Part shown: one piece after another, positions 1-8,406 of the stretch
Position numbering within the stretch: the stretch's first letter is position 1
Layout: the number at the start of each line of letters is the position of its first letter
Source of the DNA: an uncultured virus (IMG/VR IMGVR_UViG_3300010352_001343)
Lineage: Duplodnaviria > Heunggongvirae > Uroviricota > Caudoviricetes
DNA: 64,000 nucleotides
Reading direction: 5' to 3' (one strand)
Virus record (IMG/VR): IMGVR_UViG_3300010352_001343
The notes under the pieces: generated by a model
The model's input: the letters and a program-made list of their open reading frames with translations, nothing else
What the model was told of the DNA's origin: nothing
The model's database searches: none
Made by a program: the position numbers and the translations under genes

Positions 1-11
1 GGGACTACAAC

Positions 12-416
12 GTGTCAGATGGTTATCAAGCAGCACGCTACATAACAGGTGGCGTAACACCGTTGACAATTGCAAATAACTGTACTTACATCGGAGCAAA
101 CACAAAAGCTAAAGAAAACAACGTAACCAACGAAACCGTTATAGGTGCAAATGCAGTAGGAAACGGAAGTAATACTGCAACGATAGGGCATACAGATGTA
201 ACAGATGTATATTTAAGAGGGAAAGGACATTTTACAGGAAGTGTTCAGATAGGAGACGACACAGCAGCTGCAAGTGTTGCAAATGAGTTTGCAATTAGAG
301 GAAGAAAGGGCATAAACGGAAATATTGGATTTAGTGTTACTGAAATGTGTATGCCAACAGATGTAGGTACTTGGAATTGGGTGGAGATAGTTAGAAACGA
401 ATGGATTATACCCTAA
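12..416 (+). CDS. C-terminal part of a tail fibre/adhesin-like protein (truncated by window edge)
   Basis: Gly/Asn/Thr-rich repeats (IGANT, IGANAVGNGSNTATIG) typical of beta-roll/head repeats; lies upstream of other tail genes. Confidence 0.55.
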   Translation: MSDGYQAARYITGGVTPLTIANNCTYIGANTKAKENNVTNETVIGANAVGNGSNTATIGHTDVTDVYLRGKGHFTGSVQIGDDTAAASVANEFAIRGRKGINGNIGFSVTEMCMPTDVGTWNWVEIVRNEWIIP

Positions 417-433
417 ATAATAAAAATATTTTG

Positions 434-441
434 TATATTTG
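434..441 (+). promoter_or_regulatory. Bacteroidota housekeeping-type -7 promoter box (TATATTTG)
   Basis: Exact TAnnTTTG match followed by CA, intergenic, 30 nt before an ATG. Confidence 0.6.
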
Positions 442-470
442 CATATTATTAACATAAAAACTATAACATT

Positions 471-635
471 ATGAACAAGTTTACAATTATCGAAAACGGA
501 CAAAAATTAATCGTAACCGCACAAGGTTGGAGCGTTGCTATCGGAGGTCATTATGTATTTTTTAATGACAAAAACGAAACGGTTGCAATAGCACCGCCAA
601 CGGCAATAATCGGAAATAGTAACAACATTAAATAA
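471..635 (+). CDS. 54-aa hypothetical protein, not in ORF track (MNKFTIIENGQK...NNIK)
   Basis: Translated by hand; fills the gap between neighbours, A-rich leader, promoter box upstream. Confidence 0.65.
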   Translation: MNKFTIIENGQKLIVTAQGWSVAIGGHYVFFNDKNETVAIAPPTAIIGNSNNIK

Positions 636-642
636 CAACACA

Positions 643-885
643 ATGAACATCCGAAAAGAAATTAGAGACGAAAGAAGTGATGTATTCACAATCTTTACAA
701 CCGAAAAAGGGTTGAACGAAGAAAAAACCAAGATTATTGATATTGAAAAATCAATACGAGAGAATGTTACTAAACAGATGCTTTTAAGCGAAACAGACGC
801 TTTACAATCTCAAATTAATGACCTCGAGTTAAAAAAAGAGGAACTAAATGTAATGATTTCAATGATTGATAATTTTGTGGAATAA
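643..885 (+). CDS. hypothetical coiled-coil protein
   Basis: ORF track; tight operon packing. Confidence 0.6.
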   Translation: MNIRKEIRDERSDVFTIFTTEKGLNEEKTKIIDIEKSIRENVTKQMLLSETDALQSQINDLELKKEELNVMISMIDNFVE

Positions 886-1280
886 TGAAAAAAATAATAT
901 TGATATTATTGCTCCTTTGCTCACTTACTTTGCAAGCTCAAAAGTTTGATTTTAAAGTACGTACAGCCGTTGCGCATACAGTCGATTTAACCGTACTGAC
1001 AGCCACAACAGCGTATTGGATTTATGACGATGCGCCGCAAGCGGACAAGATTATACACTTCTTGTTTGGCTATTTCAGTACGCAGGCTATGTACTACATT
1101 TTAGAGCCTTTGGACGTTCCAAAAAGTATAAAGGCTTTTACGCCCGTTTTAGTGTTTGGCGGTTTATCATTCTTTAAAGAAGTATTTTTGGACGGTAGCC
1201 CGGATTGGAATGATTTTAAAGCAGGAATGATGGGATGTGGAATTTCAGTTGTATCATTTAATTTGATTTACAGATTTTAA
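885..1280 (+). CDS. membrane protein with signal peptide (DKxxHF motif, YfiM/VanZ-like)
   Basis: MKKIILILLLLCSLTLQA signal peptide; ADKIIHFLFG and KE..D...DWND motifs; hydrophobic helices. Confidence 0.5.
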   Translation: MKKIILILLLLCSLTLQAQKFDFKVRTAVAHTVDLTVLTATTAYWIYDDAPQADKIIHFLFGYFSTQAMYYILEPLDVPKSIKAFTPVLVFGGLSFFKEVFLDGSPDWNDFKAGMMGCGISVVSFNLIYRF

Positions 1281-1292
1281 AAAAAATAAATT

Positions 1293-1607
1293 ATGAAAAT
1301 ATTTGAAGCAGATACTTTTAGAAACTTAACAGATGCAACTTACAAAGCACCGTTTGAGAAAGCATTTAATGACGTTTCAGCTAGTACATGGGTAGCAGAC
1401 ACAACCTATACTGACTATGGTTATAAATGCGAACTATCAATTATGGGCGTATTATCCACAGACTATGCAAGCGTGGTATTTGCACATGTTCAAGCTATAT
1501 CAGGAAATTATAGCCCTATATGTTTTACTTCAACAGATAAGGTTACGATTTATTCAAAAGTAAATACGTCTATAATAATTAGTAATATTATAATCAAAAG
1601 AGTATGA
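1293..1607 (+). CDS. tail fibre-associated protein
   Basis: Beta-rich small protein overlapping the start of the Gly-rich fibre gene. Confidence 0.45.
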   Translation: MKIFEADTFRNLTDATYKAPFEKAFNDVSASTWVADTTYTDYGYKCELSIMGVLSTDYASVVFAHVQAISGNYSPICFTSTDKVTIYSKVNTSIIISNIIIKRV

Positions 1608-2545
1608 TAGGTAAAACAAATGCAAGTGTTGGAGCTTCAGGTGGTGGTAGTACTGAAATCTTAAGGGAATATATATGGGGTCCACAAACTTGGAATAAAC
1701 CAGCTGGGTTAAAACACTTATTAGTTGTATGTGTTGGCGCTGGTGGTGGTGGTGGTTCTGGAAGAAGTGGCGCAGCTTCAACAAATAGGTGTGGTGGTGG
1801 TGGTGGTGCTGGAGGTAGTATTGTTAGAAGATTAATAAAAGCAACTGATTTACCAACATCAGTTACAGTAACTGTTGGTGTAGGTGGCGTAGGGGGTGCT
1901 GCTAGAACTACTGATAATACAAATGGGGCTAATGGTGGTACAGGAGGGAATACCTCCTTTGGCTCATTTGTTTTAGCAACTGGTGGTGTTGGTGGTACCG
2001 GTGGTAATGATACTACAGTATCTACTGGCGGGATGAGTGGTACATTAACTGCCTGTTACCCTAATAAAGTCTTTTTTGGGTTAGCTGGTATACCTGGTTC
2101 AAATGGAACTTCATTTAATGGCGATAATCAAACTATATATGGGGTAGGTGGACAACCTGGTGAATATATGGGTTGCCCTGGAGGAGGAGGCGGAGGAGGA
2201 ACAAACACTTCAAATCAATCTGGACTTGGTGGTAATGGGGGTGCAGTAATGTTAATAGATGGAACTTATAGCTCATTCCCAACTGGTGGTCAAGCTGTAT
2301 TTAGTAACGGGAGTAATGGGGTGTCAAATTTGGCTACTCAATTATTATTAGAATATGGTAATTTTAGTGGTGTTGGTTATGGAGTTGGTACAGGTGGTGG
2401 AGGAGGAGCATCAGGTGGAGGTATAGGTGGAAATGGTGGATATGGTGCTGGGGCTGGCGGTGGAGGTTCAAGATCTAATGGAAATCCAAGTGGTAAAGGT
2501 GGGAATGGTGGTGATGGTTTCTGTATTGTTTTAGAAATTTATTAA
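1604..2545 (+). CDS. glycine-rich tail fibre-like protein
   Basis: W.KPAG...VVCVGAGGGGGSG start, poly-Gly runs, GGDGFCIVLEIY end. Confidence 0.75.
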   Translation: MIGKTNASVGASGGGSTEILREYIWGPQTWNKPAGLKHLLVVCVGAGGGGGSGRSGAASTNRCGGGGGAGGSIVRRLIKATDLPTSVTVTVGVGGVGGAARTTDNTNGANGGTGGNTSFGSFVLATGGVGGTGGNDTTVSTGGMSGTLTACYPNKVFFGLAGIPGSNGTSFNGDNQTIYGVGGQPGEYMGCPGGGGGGGTNTSNQSGLGGNGGAVMLIDGTYSSFPTGGQAVFSNGSNGVSNLATQLLLEYGNFSGVGYGVGTGGGGGASGGGIGGNGGYGAGAGGGGSRSNGNPSGKGGNGGDGFCIVLEIY

Positions 2546-2558
2546 TTTAGATAAGCTT

Positions 2559-3008
2559 ATGACGCAAAATCACATAGAAATAATTAAGTTAATTATAGCT
2601 GGTCTTAGCTCAATAGGAGGATATGAACTATTTACCTCTTTCATTAGAAAGTATTGGAAAAGAATAAAAAAGAAAACCCCAGCTGATCTCTTCGATGATT
2701 ATAACAGGCAATTAAAAACCTATATTGAAACTCACACTGAGACCTTATCCAAACTTAATGAAGCTTTGGATGAAGTATCTGAATTAAAAACCTTGCTAAG
2801 GCAAAGAGATAGTAAACTGAATGAACTAACTCTAGAGATTTCACAATTAAATATAAAATTGAAAGAGAAAGAAGATATCATTGCAAAAGTAAAACAATCA
2901 CAGGAAGCTTCAAATGAACTCTTAAAACAATTACAAGTTATTGTAAATGATTTAAGTTGTGGAAATGTACCAACCTGTGAAAATCATAAACCAATAAAAA
3001 TAAATTAA
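2559..3008 (+). CDS. membrane-anchored coiled-coil protein of the lysis cassette (holin/spanin-like)
   Basis: N-terminal hydrophobic helix, long coiled coil, C-terminal Cys pair; adjacent to endolysin. Confidence 0.45.
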   Translation: MTQNHIEIIKLIIAGLSSIGGYELFTSFIRKYWKRIKKKTPADLFDDYNRQLKTYIETHTETLSKLNEALDEVSELKTLLRQRDSKLNELTLEISQLNIKLKEKEDIIAKVKQSQEASNELLKQLQVIVNDLSCGNVPTCENHKPIKIN

Positions 3009-3010
3009 TT

Positions 3011-3487
3011 ATGAAAGCATTAAAAGCTATTTGGAAAGTACTTAAAATAATACTACTGACTTTAGGAAAAGTTCTTTATTTTATCATTAAATACCTATGT
3101 TTAGGACTTTGGGAAATACTGAAATTCCTATTTAAAGAAATTAAAAAATACCCAGAATTGGTTGTTATACCAACCATGTTAATCTGTTGGTATGGATCCA
3201 TTAAACTACTCTATTATATTGATGGTGGTTCTGGTACTTTTGACTATGGCGTATTTCAAATAATTATATTCTCAGCCATACAGTTTTCAGTATATTTATC
3301 TCTAGCCTGGTTGCTACTAAAGATGTTTAATGGTACAGTCAGAAAATTTATTCAATTTGATTTTAAGAAAGTATTTAAAGAATTACAACCATGGGAAAAA
3401 ATAAAATTTTCATTCTGCGTATTTGGTTTTATTATCTTGTGTTATGTATTACTAGCCAGAGTGTTATTGGTAACACCTTTGAATTAA
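3011..3487 (+). CDS. putative holin
   Basis: Three to four predicted TM segments; directly upstream of and overlapping the endolysin. Confidence 0.55.
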   Translation: MKALKAIWKVLKIILLTLGKVLYFIIKYLCLGLWEILKFLFKEIKKYPELVVIPTMLICWYGSIKLLYYIDGGSGTFDYGVFQIIIFSAIQFSVYLSLAWLLLKMFNGTVRKFIQFDFKKVFKELQPWEKIKFSFCVFGFIILCYVLLARVLLVTPLN

Positions 3488-3951
3488 ACCAAAAACAATT
3501 AAAACTTAGAGAGGTTTATACTAAAGAAATAGGTGTAAAAGAAGCAACTGGTCATAATGATGGTCCTCGTATTAAAGAGTATTTAGCTAACACTGGTTTA
3601 CCTGAGGGTAATGCTTGGTGTGCAGCTTTTATAACTACTTGTTTTATTGAAGCTGGAATACCAGCTATAAGATCTGCATACTCACCAGCCTGGTTTAAAC
3701 CTCAATATTTAATATATGTAAGAGGTAAACCAAATAACAAAACTCCAACTACTGGTGATGTTGGTGGTATCTGGTTTTCTGATAAAGGTAGGATTGCCCA
3801 TGTTTTATTTATTGATGAATGGCCATTTGGAATTGCTTTTACTACTACTGTAGAAGGTAATACTAATAAAGATGGCAGTAGAGAAGGAAATCAGGTATGT
3901 CGTAAAAGAAGACCAAAAGCACAAATACATTCAGTATCAAGATATATATAA
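3391..3951 (+). CDS. endolysin, CHAP/NlpC-P60-type amidase with hydrophobic N-terminus
   Basis: EIGVKE..G.N.GP.I..YL, AWCAAF (catalytic Cys), AHV (His), VEGNT motifs. Confidence 0.85.
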   Translation: MGKNKIFILRIWFYYLVLCITSQSVIGNTFELNQKQLKLREVYTKEIGVKEATGHNDGPRIKEYLANTGLPEGNAWCAAFITTCFIEAGIPAIRSAYSPAWFKPQYLIYVRGKPNNKTPTTGDVGGIWFSDKGRIAHVLFIDEWPFGIAFTTTVEGNTNKDGSREGNQVCRKRRPKAQIHSVSRYI

Positions 3952-3952
3952 T

Positions 3953-4522
3953 ATGAGTAAGTTAACTAACATTCAAATACCTAAACTTGACACATCAAGT
4001 TTAATCCCAGAGATTAGGATTGAAGGTAAATGGAAAGAAGCTACTATACTCATAGACAATATTGAACCAATTATTTTAAAGAGTTATAACAAAGCCGTAA
4101 AATCTTTTTCAAAAGAGATTATAGGTATAGTAAAACACTGTATAATTAATGGTATTCCACCAAAAGGTGTACACTGGGCAAAACACTCTCCATTAACTAT
4201 TAAAAGGTATGGGGAACACCCACTATTAAACTTATCTGGTAAGTATGCCAGAGTTATTGGTATATATAAATATAACAAAAGAACTTACATAGGGGTACCA
4301 CTAAATTTAAAATTAGGTGGTAAAAAGAAACTAACCATGGGTGCTTTAGCTCGTATTCTAGAGTATGGTAGTAATGATGGAAAAATACCAGGTAGACCAT
4401 TATGGGCTCCAACTCTAAAAATGGTTGGTGGTAAAAAGAAAATAGCTGAACTTATAAAAACTAATATCCGGAAAGAAATTATATCTATAACCGGTCTAAA
4501 CGCTAATCAAATAAGATGGTAA
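3953..4522 (+). CDS. putative neck/head-tail joining (virion morphogenesis) protein
   Basis: W..HSP.T...G, L..SG and ARILEYGS..GKIPGRPLW motifs; ATG at 3953 follows the endolysin stop. Confidence 0.65.
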   Translation: MSKLTNIQIPKLDTSSLIPEIRIEGKWKEATILIDNIEPIILKSYNKAVKSFSKEIIGIVKHCIINGIPPKGVHWAKHSPLTIKRYGEHPLLNLSGKYARVIGIYKYNKRTYIGVPLNLKLGGKKKLTMGALARILEYGSNDGKIPGRPLWAPTLKMVGGKKKIAELIKTNIRKEIISITGLNANQIRW

Positions 4523-5184
4523 ATACCTTAGAAATTATTGAAAGATCTATATATGATGCTATATTACAGGTAGCTGTAAAAGATGGTTTATCACTAGATC
4601 CAAAAAACTATTACCCAGTAACACCAGAAACTATAAACCAATTTAATGAAGATAAGAAAGCTTTAACTAAGTATGTTCAAATCTTTGGAACTGGTAGTGC
4701 TGAATCAAAGGGTGAAAAAGTAACACCAAGAATAGTAGTTGAGAATGATACATTATTCCCAGGGGTAATTGGACTAAATGATACTTCTCTAGAGTTAAAT
4801 GAAGATAAAATGTATGTTCCAATACAAATGCCATCTAAATCTCTAGAACAGATCATAAATATTCATATCTGTGCAGGAACGCAAACTGATTATAGGATCT
4901 TACAATCTATAGTATATCGGGCTTTACCATTAAGAGGCTACATTAAAACTTACTTAAGTGAGACCTTATTAGAAAGTGGTAACATTTATCTTGAATTAGT
5001 AAATGCCTATGATGAATCAGATACCTTATCAGGTTTAATCGAAAAAGCTTTCCAATATCAAATACAGGATTTAGTATTTGAAGAATTGATAATTGAAGAT
5101 AATGATAACCTGATTCCAATGATTAATGACCTCACTTTATTGACTGACAATCAAACATTAATAACATTAAATAAAACAAATTAA
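4516..5184 (+). CDS. putative tail completion/terminator protein
   Basis: Position immediately before the sheath gene; size. Confidence 0.45.
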   Translation: MVNTLEIIERSIYDAILQVAVKDGLSLDPKNYYPVTPETINQFNEDKKALTKYVQIFGTGSAESKGEKVTPRIVVENDTLFPGVIGLNDTSLELNEDKMYVPIQMPSKSLEQIINIHICAGTQTDYRILQSIVYRALPLRGYIKTYLSETLLESGNIYLELVNAYDESDTLSGLIEKAFQYQIQDLVFEELIIEDNDNLIPMINDLTLLTDNQTLITLNKTN

Positions 5185-5196
5185 AAACAAATTAAA

Positions 5197-6972
5197 ATGA
5201 ACTCACCAAACGTAAATTTTCATTTTGAGAACAATAATGTAGCCCCAATGGTACCTTCTAAAGGGGTAACCAACGTTCTTGCAGTAACCACAAAAGGTAA
5301 TTTTGAAGAACCAACCCTTTGTGAATCATTAACACAATTTCAAAACATCTTTGGTAAAGAAGTTGTACCAGATGGTACTATTTCAAATATTGAAAGAGGT
5401 TTTAAATTAGGTTCTAAACTAAGGATTTGTAGGGTTCTCGGTGCCGGACAATCAGCTTTTGGAGAAGCTAAAAGTTATGACCCATCAACGGGTACCACTG
5501 GAGAAACCGCTACAAATATTTCTATCTTCTTGGAAGATCCAATTGATAACACTAAAAAGATTGAGATTAAGTACAAAATTACTACTAGAGAAAAAGGTTC
5601 TAATGTAGTATCCGAGTATGGTTACAATCTTAATCGTAATTTCTATCTACAATTAAAAGAAGTAATTACCAATGGTATTGCAAGAGTTTATATTACTCAG
5701 TTTAAATCTTTTAATACTGATGATTCTATCAATACCAATTCTGTAATCAACCAAGCTTTGTTATTGGCTTCTACTGCTTCTGTAACTTCTGGTGTAGAAA
5801 CAATGGTTGACCAACAATCAATTATTGATTTCTTACAAAATACTCCAAACATCACCTTAACCTATGTTTCAATTACTTCCAGTGGTACTGGAGTACCAAC
5901 ATATACTGGGCTTGATTTAGAAGGTTCAGTTAATGTTATTAAGGAACACAATGCCTGGTTGGGTTATGTAAAGATTGGAGCTGCTACTCTTGAAACACCA
6001 AGCATACAAGTAATTAATGAGGGTACTAATGGTGGAGCTTCATCATCAGCCACTTGGATTTCTGCTTACAATAAAATAAAGGGTGAAAGTGCTTACCATT
6101 TAATCTGTTCTCATATGCACCAACATATTGCTACAGATTATGTAACTACCGTTAAAAGTATAGCTGAGTCAGTAGCAAGTTTATTTGATACAGAATTCTT
6201 TGTTGAAATTCCAAAAACAAATACTGATGGTACTTTCAGAACTGCTGCTGAAACTAAATCTGCAGTTGATACAATTAAAACTACTGTTGGTTATCATAAA
6301 AACGTAGCTTACTTTGGTGGTGGTATTAAACTATACAACTCGGATGGTATTTTGAAAAAATGTGATGTATTGGGAACAGTTATTGGATTAGCCGATGTAT
6401 CTGCAGAACAATATGGTCCTTACTATTCATTTGCAAATCAAAACCGTGGTTTAGTACCAGATGGGCATGGTCCAATTATTGAAAACCTTGGAAGTCCAGC
6501 TATGGTAGAAACACTTAACCAATTTGCTACATCTCGTATTAATATCTTTGTTGTTAAAGATACTGAAACTGCTGGTAAACAAACTATGTTATGGCACAAC
6601 TACACATCACTTAATTTGGAAAGTTCTGACCGGTTCTTATCTACTATTGGTTTACAACTTTATCTAAAGAAAACATTAAAACCAAAATTAGAAAAGTATC
6701 TTGAAGAGCCAAATACATTCAGTACCTGGAAAGATATTTATCTATCTAATAAAAAGGTATTTGATGATTTGGTTGGGATTGCTATAACCGAATATACTTG
6801 GATAGGTGATCAAAATGCGAAGAACTACTCTCAATTAACATTGAACACTGAAGCTGAAGTAAGACAAGGTAAATATAAAATCAAAGTAAGTTATAAGGAT
6901 ATTGTAAGCTTACAAGAAATTAGTATTTACTTAAGTATTGATACAGCAAATGGTACAGTAAGTATTAACTAA
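5197..6972 (+). CDS. contractile tail sheath protein
   Basis: SPNV.F N-terminus, TKG.FEEPTL..S..QF..IFG, S.AN..RG.V, EPNT..TW C-terminal sheath motifs; 591 aa. Confidence 0.85.
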   Translation: MNSPNVNFHFENNNVAPMVPSKGVTNVLAVTTKGNFEEPTLCESLTQFQNIFGKEVVPDGTISNIERGFKLGSKLRICRVLGAGQSAFGEAKSYDPSTGTTGETATNISIFLEDPIDNTKKIEIKYKITTREKGSNVVSEYGYNLNRNFYLQLKEVITNGIARVYITQFKSFNTDDSINTNSVINQALLLASTASVTSGVETMVDQQSIIDFLQNTPNITLTYVSITSSGTGVPTYTGLDLEGSVNVIKEHNAWLGYVKIGAATLETPSIQVINEGTNGGASSSATWISAYNKIKGESAYHLICSHMHQHIATDYVTTVKSIAESVASLFDTEFFVEIPKTNTDGTFRTAAETKSAVDTIKTTVGYHKNVAYFGGGIKLYNSDGILKKCDVLGTVIGLADVSAEQYGPYYSFANQNRGLVPDGHGPIIENLGSPAMVETLNQFATSRINIFVVKDTETAGKQTMLWHNYTSLNLESSDRFLSTIGLQLYLKKTLKPKLEKYLEEPNTFSTWKDIYLSNKKVFDDLVGIAITEYTWIGDQNAKNYSQLTLNTEAEVRQGKYKIKVSYKDIVSLQEISIYLSIDTANGTVSIN

Positions 6973-6992
6973 TCTTTAAAATTTAAAAATAT

Positions 6993-7454
6993 ATGCCACA
7001 AGTTAAAAACCCAAGAAAAGTATTCCAATGGAGAATCCGCTTTGTAGGTTATCCAATTAATCCTTTTCTTTTTCAAAAAGTTCAATTACCAGAAATCAAA
7101 ATAGAAGAAGTATCACATGGGGATGCTAATCGCGATGTAAAAACCGCTGGTAGAATCAGCGTTGGATCTATGACTGGTAGTAAATTATCACCAACTCAAG
7201 GTTCTGATACTTGGCTATGGGATTGGATAAATAGTATCCAAGATCAACTATTAGGTGGTGGTTTAACACCAGAATCTTATTGGAAAACCTGTTTAGTTGA
7301 TGAACTGGCCGAAGATGGACAAACAGTTTTAAATACCCACTACTGTGAAGAGGTTTGGCCAATGAAAGTAAATGGGGTAACATTAGACAGATTAAGCTCT
7401 GACAACTTAATTGAAGAAATCGAGTTTTCAATAGGTATCTGTGTAAAACAATAA
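6993..7454 (+). CDS. tail tube protein (T4 gp19-like)
   Basis: NPRKVFQW, FQKVQLPEI, GR..VG, WDW, VWP.K...LD..SSD...EEIEF pattern; follows the sheath gene. Confidence 0.85.
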   Translation: MPQVKNPRKVFQWRIRFVGYPINPFLFQKVQLPEIKIEEVSHGDANRDVKTAGRISVGSMTGSKLSPTQGSDTWLWDWINSIQDQLLGGGLTPESYWKTCLVDELAEDGQTVLNTHYCEEVWPMKVNGVTLDRLSSDNLIEEIEFSIGICVKQ

Positions 7455-7460
7455 ATTGTA

Positions 7461-7488
7461 ATAGGCCGTAGAGATACGGCCTATTTTT
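7461..7488 (+). terminator. intrinsic terminator after tail tube gene
   Basis: ATAGGCCGTA-gaga-TACGGCCTAT followed by T run. Confidence 0.85.
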
Positions 7489-7514
7489 ATGTAAGAACAC
7501 AAATAACAAAAATT

Positions 7515-8264
7515 ATGGAAAAAACATTTACAGTACCATCTGGTCACAGTTACACAATACGTGAACAAAATGGGGCAGATGATGATATCTTATCATCAAA
7601 AGTTGAGTTAGAAAAACTAATGAACATCACTAATTTCATTAGTGCTATCGTAGTTAAAACTGATTACACAGAAAGTGGTAAGCTATCACCAGAAGAAGCT
7701 TATACATTACCAGTGTTAGATAGAAATGTTATCTTGATACAATCAAGAATACATTCTCTTGGTAAAGATGTAGAATTTGATTTTGAATGGAAAAAAGATT
7801 TAAAAGTCTCATATATCCAGGATTTAGAAGAATTAATCTTTACTGATTACAGTAAGGTACCAGAGAAAGAAGAAATCATGGCTAAACCAGATGCTGTACC
7901 ATATTACCCAATAAAACAATTTAAAGATTTAAAAATTACAACTACCAGCGGTAAAGTATTTTTATTTGATATCTATACTAATGACCAAGAAGTAAGATAT
8001 ATGAATTTACCATTGGCTGAACAAACCAAAAATAAAAAATTAACTTGCCGTAACCTTAGATTACTAATAGATGGTAAACCAGTAGTTGTAAGTAACTTTG
8101 ATATGTTCTCTGTACAAGAAATGAAAGAGATAAACAAAGCTATCAAGGATATGGATCCTGTTTACAGTGGTTATATTTATATCAATAACCCTGACAACCC
8201 TAATCAAAAATACCCAATTAACATTTTCTCATTGGACAGTTTTTTCTATTTAGAAGAGATTTAA
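7515..8264 (+). CDS. tail assembly chaperone (G form)
   Basis: Between tube and tape measure; PSG..Y.IRE..G.D.DIL and L.V.DR..IL...RI.SLG motifs. Confidence 0.7.
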   Translation: MEKTFTVPSGHSYTIREQNGADDDILSSKVELEKLMNITNFISAIVVKTDYTESGKLSPEEAYTLPVLDRNVILIQSRIHSLGKDVEFDFEWKKDLKVSYIQDLEELIFTDYSKVPEKEEIMAKPDAVPYYPIKQFKDLKITTTSGKVFLFDIYTNDQEVRYMNLPLAEQTKNKKLTCRNLRLLIDGKPVVVSNFDMFSVQEMKEINKAIKDMDPVYSGYIYINNPDNPNQKYPINIFSLDSFFYLEEI

Positions 8265-8404
8265 TAAATGATTTTTCCTATTTACATATATTAGGGGTGC
8301 ACATAACTCTAGCTGAGTTAAAATCATTACCTTTTAGTGATAGAGAAAAACTTATTAAATACTCTGAAGAATATTATAAACAGTATAAACCAAACTTATT
8401 TTAA
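8240..8404 (+). CDS. -1 frameshift extension of tail assembly chaperone (GT form)
   Basis: Slippery T TTT TTC at 8240-8246; -1 frame is open to TAA at 8402-8404, 2 nt before the tape measure ATG. Confidence 0.75.
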   Translation, partial: FFLFRRDLINDFSYLHILGVHITLAELKSLPFSDREKLIKYSEEYYKQYKPNLF

Positions 8405-8406
8405 TC

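Noticed and set aside
3872..3952. Upstream start for the neck protein
   Set aside because: Overlaps the endolysin; ATG at 3953 directly after the endolysin stop is more plausible
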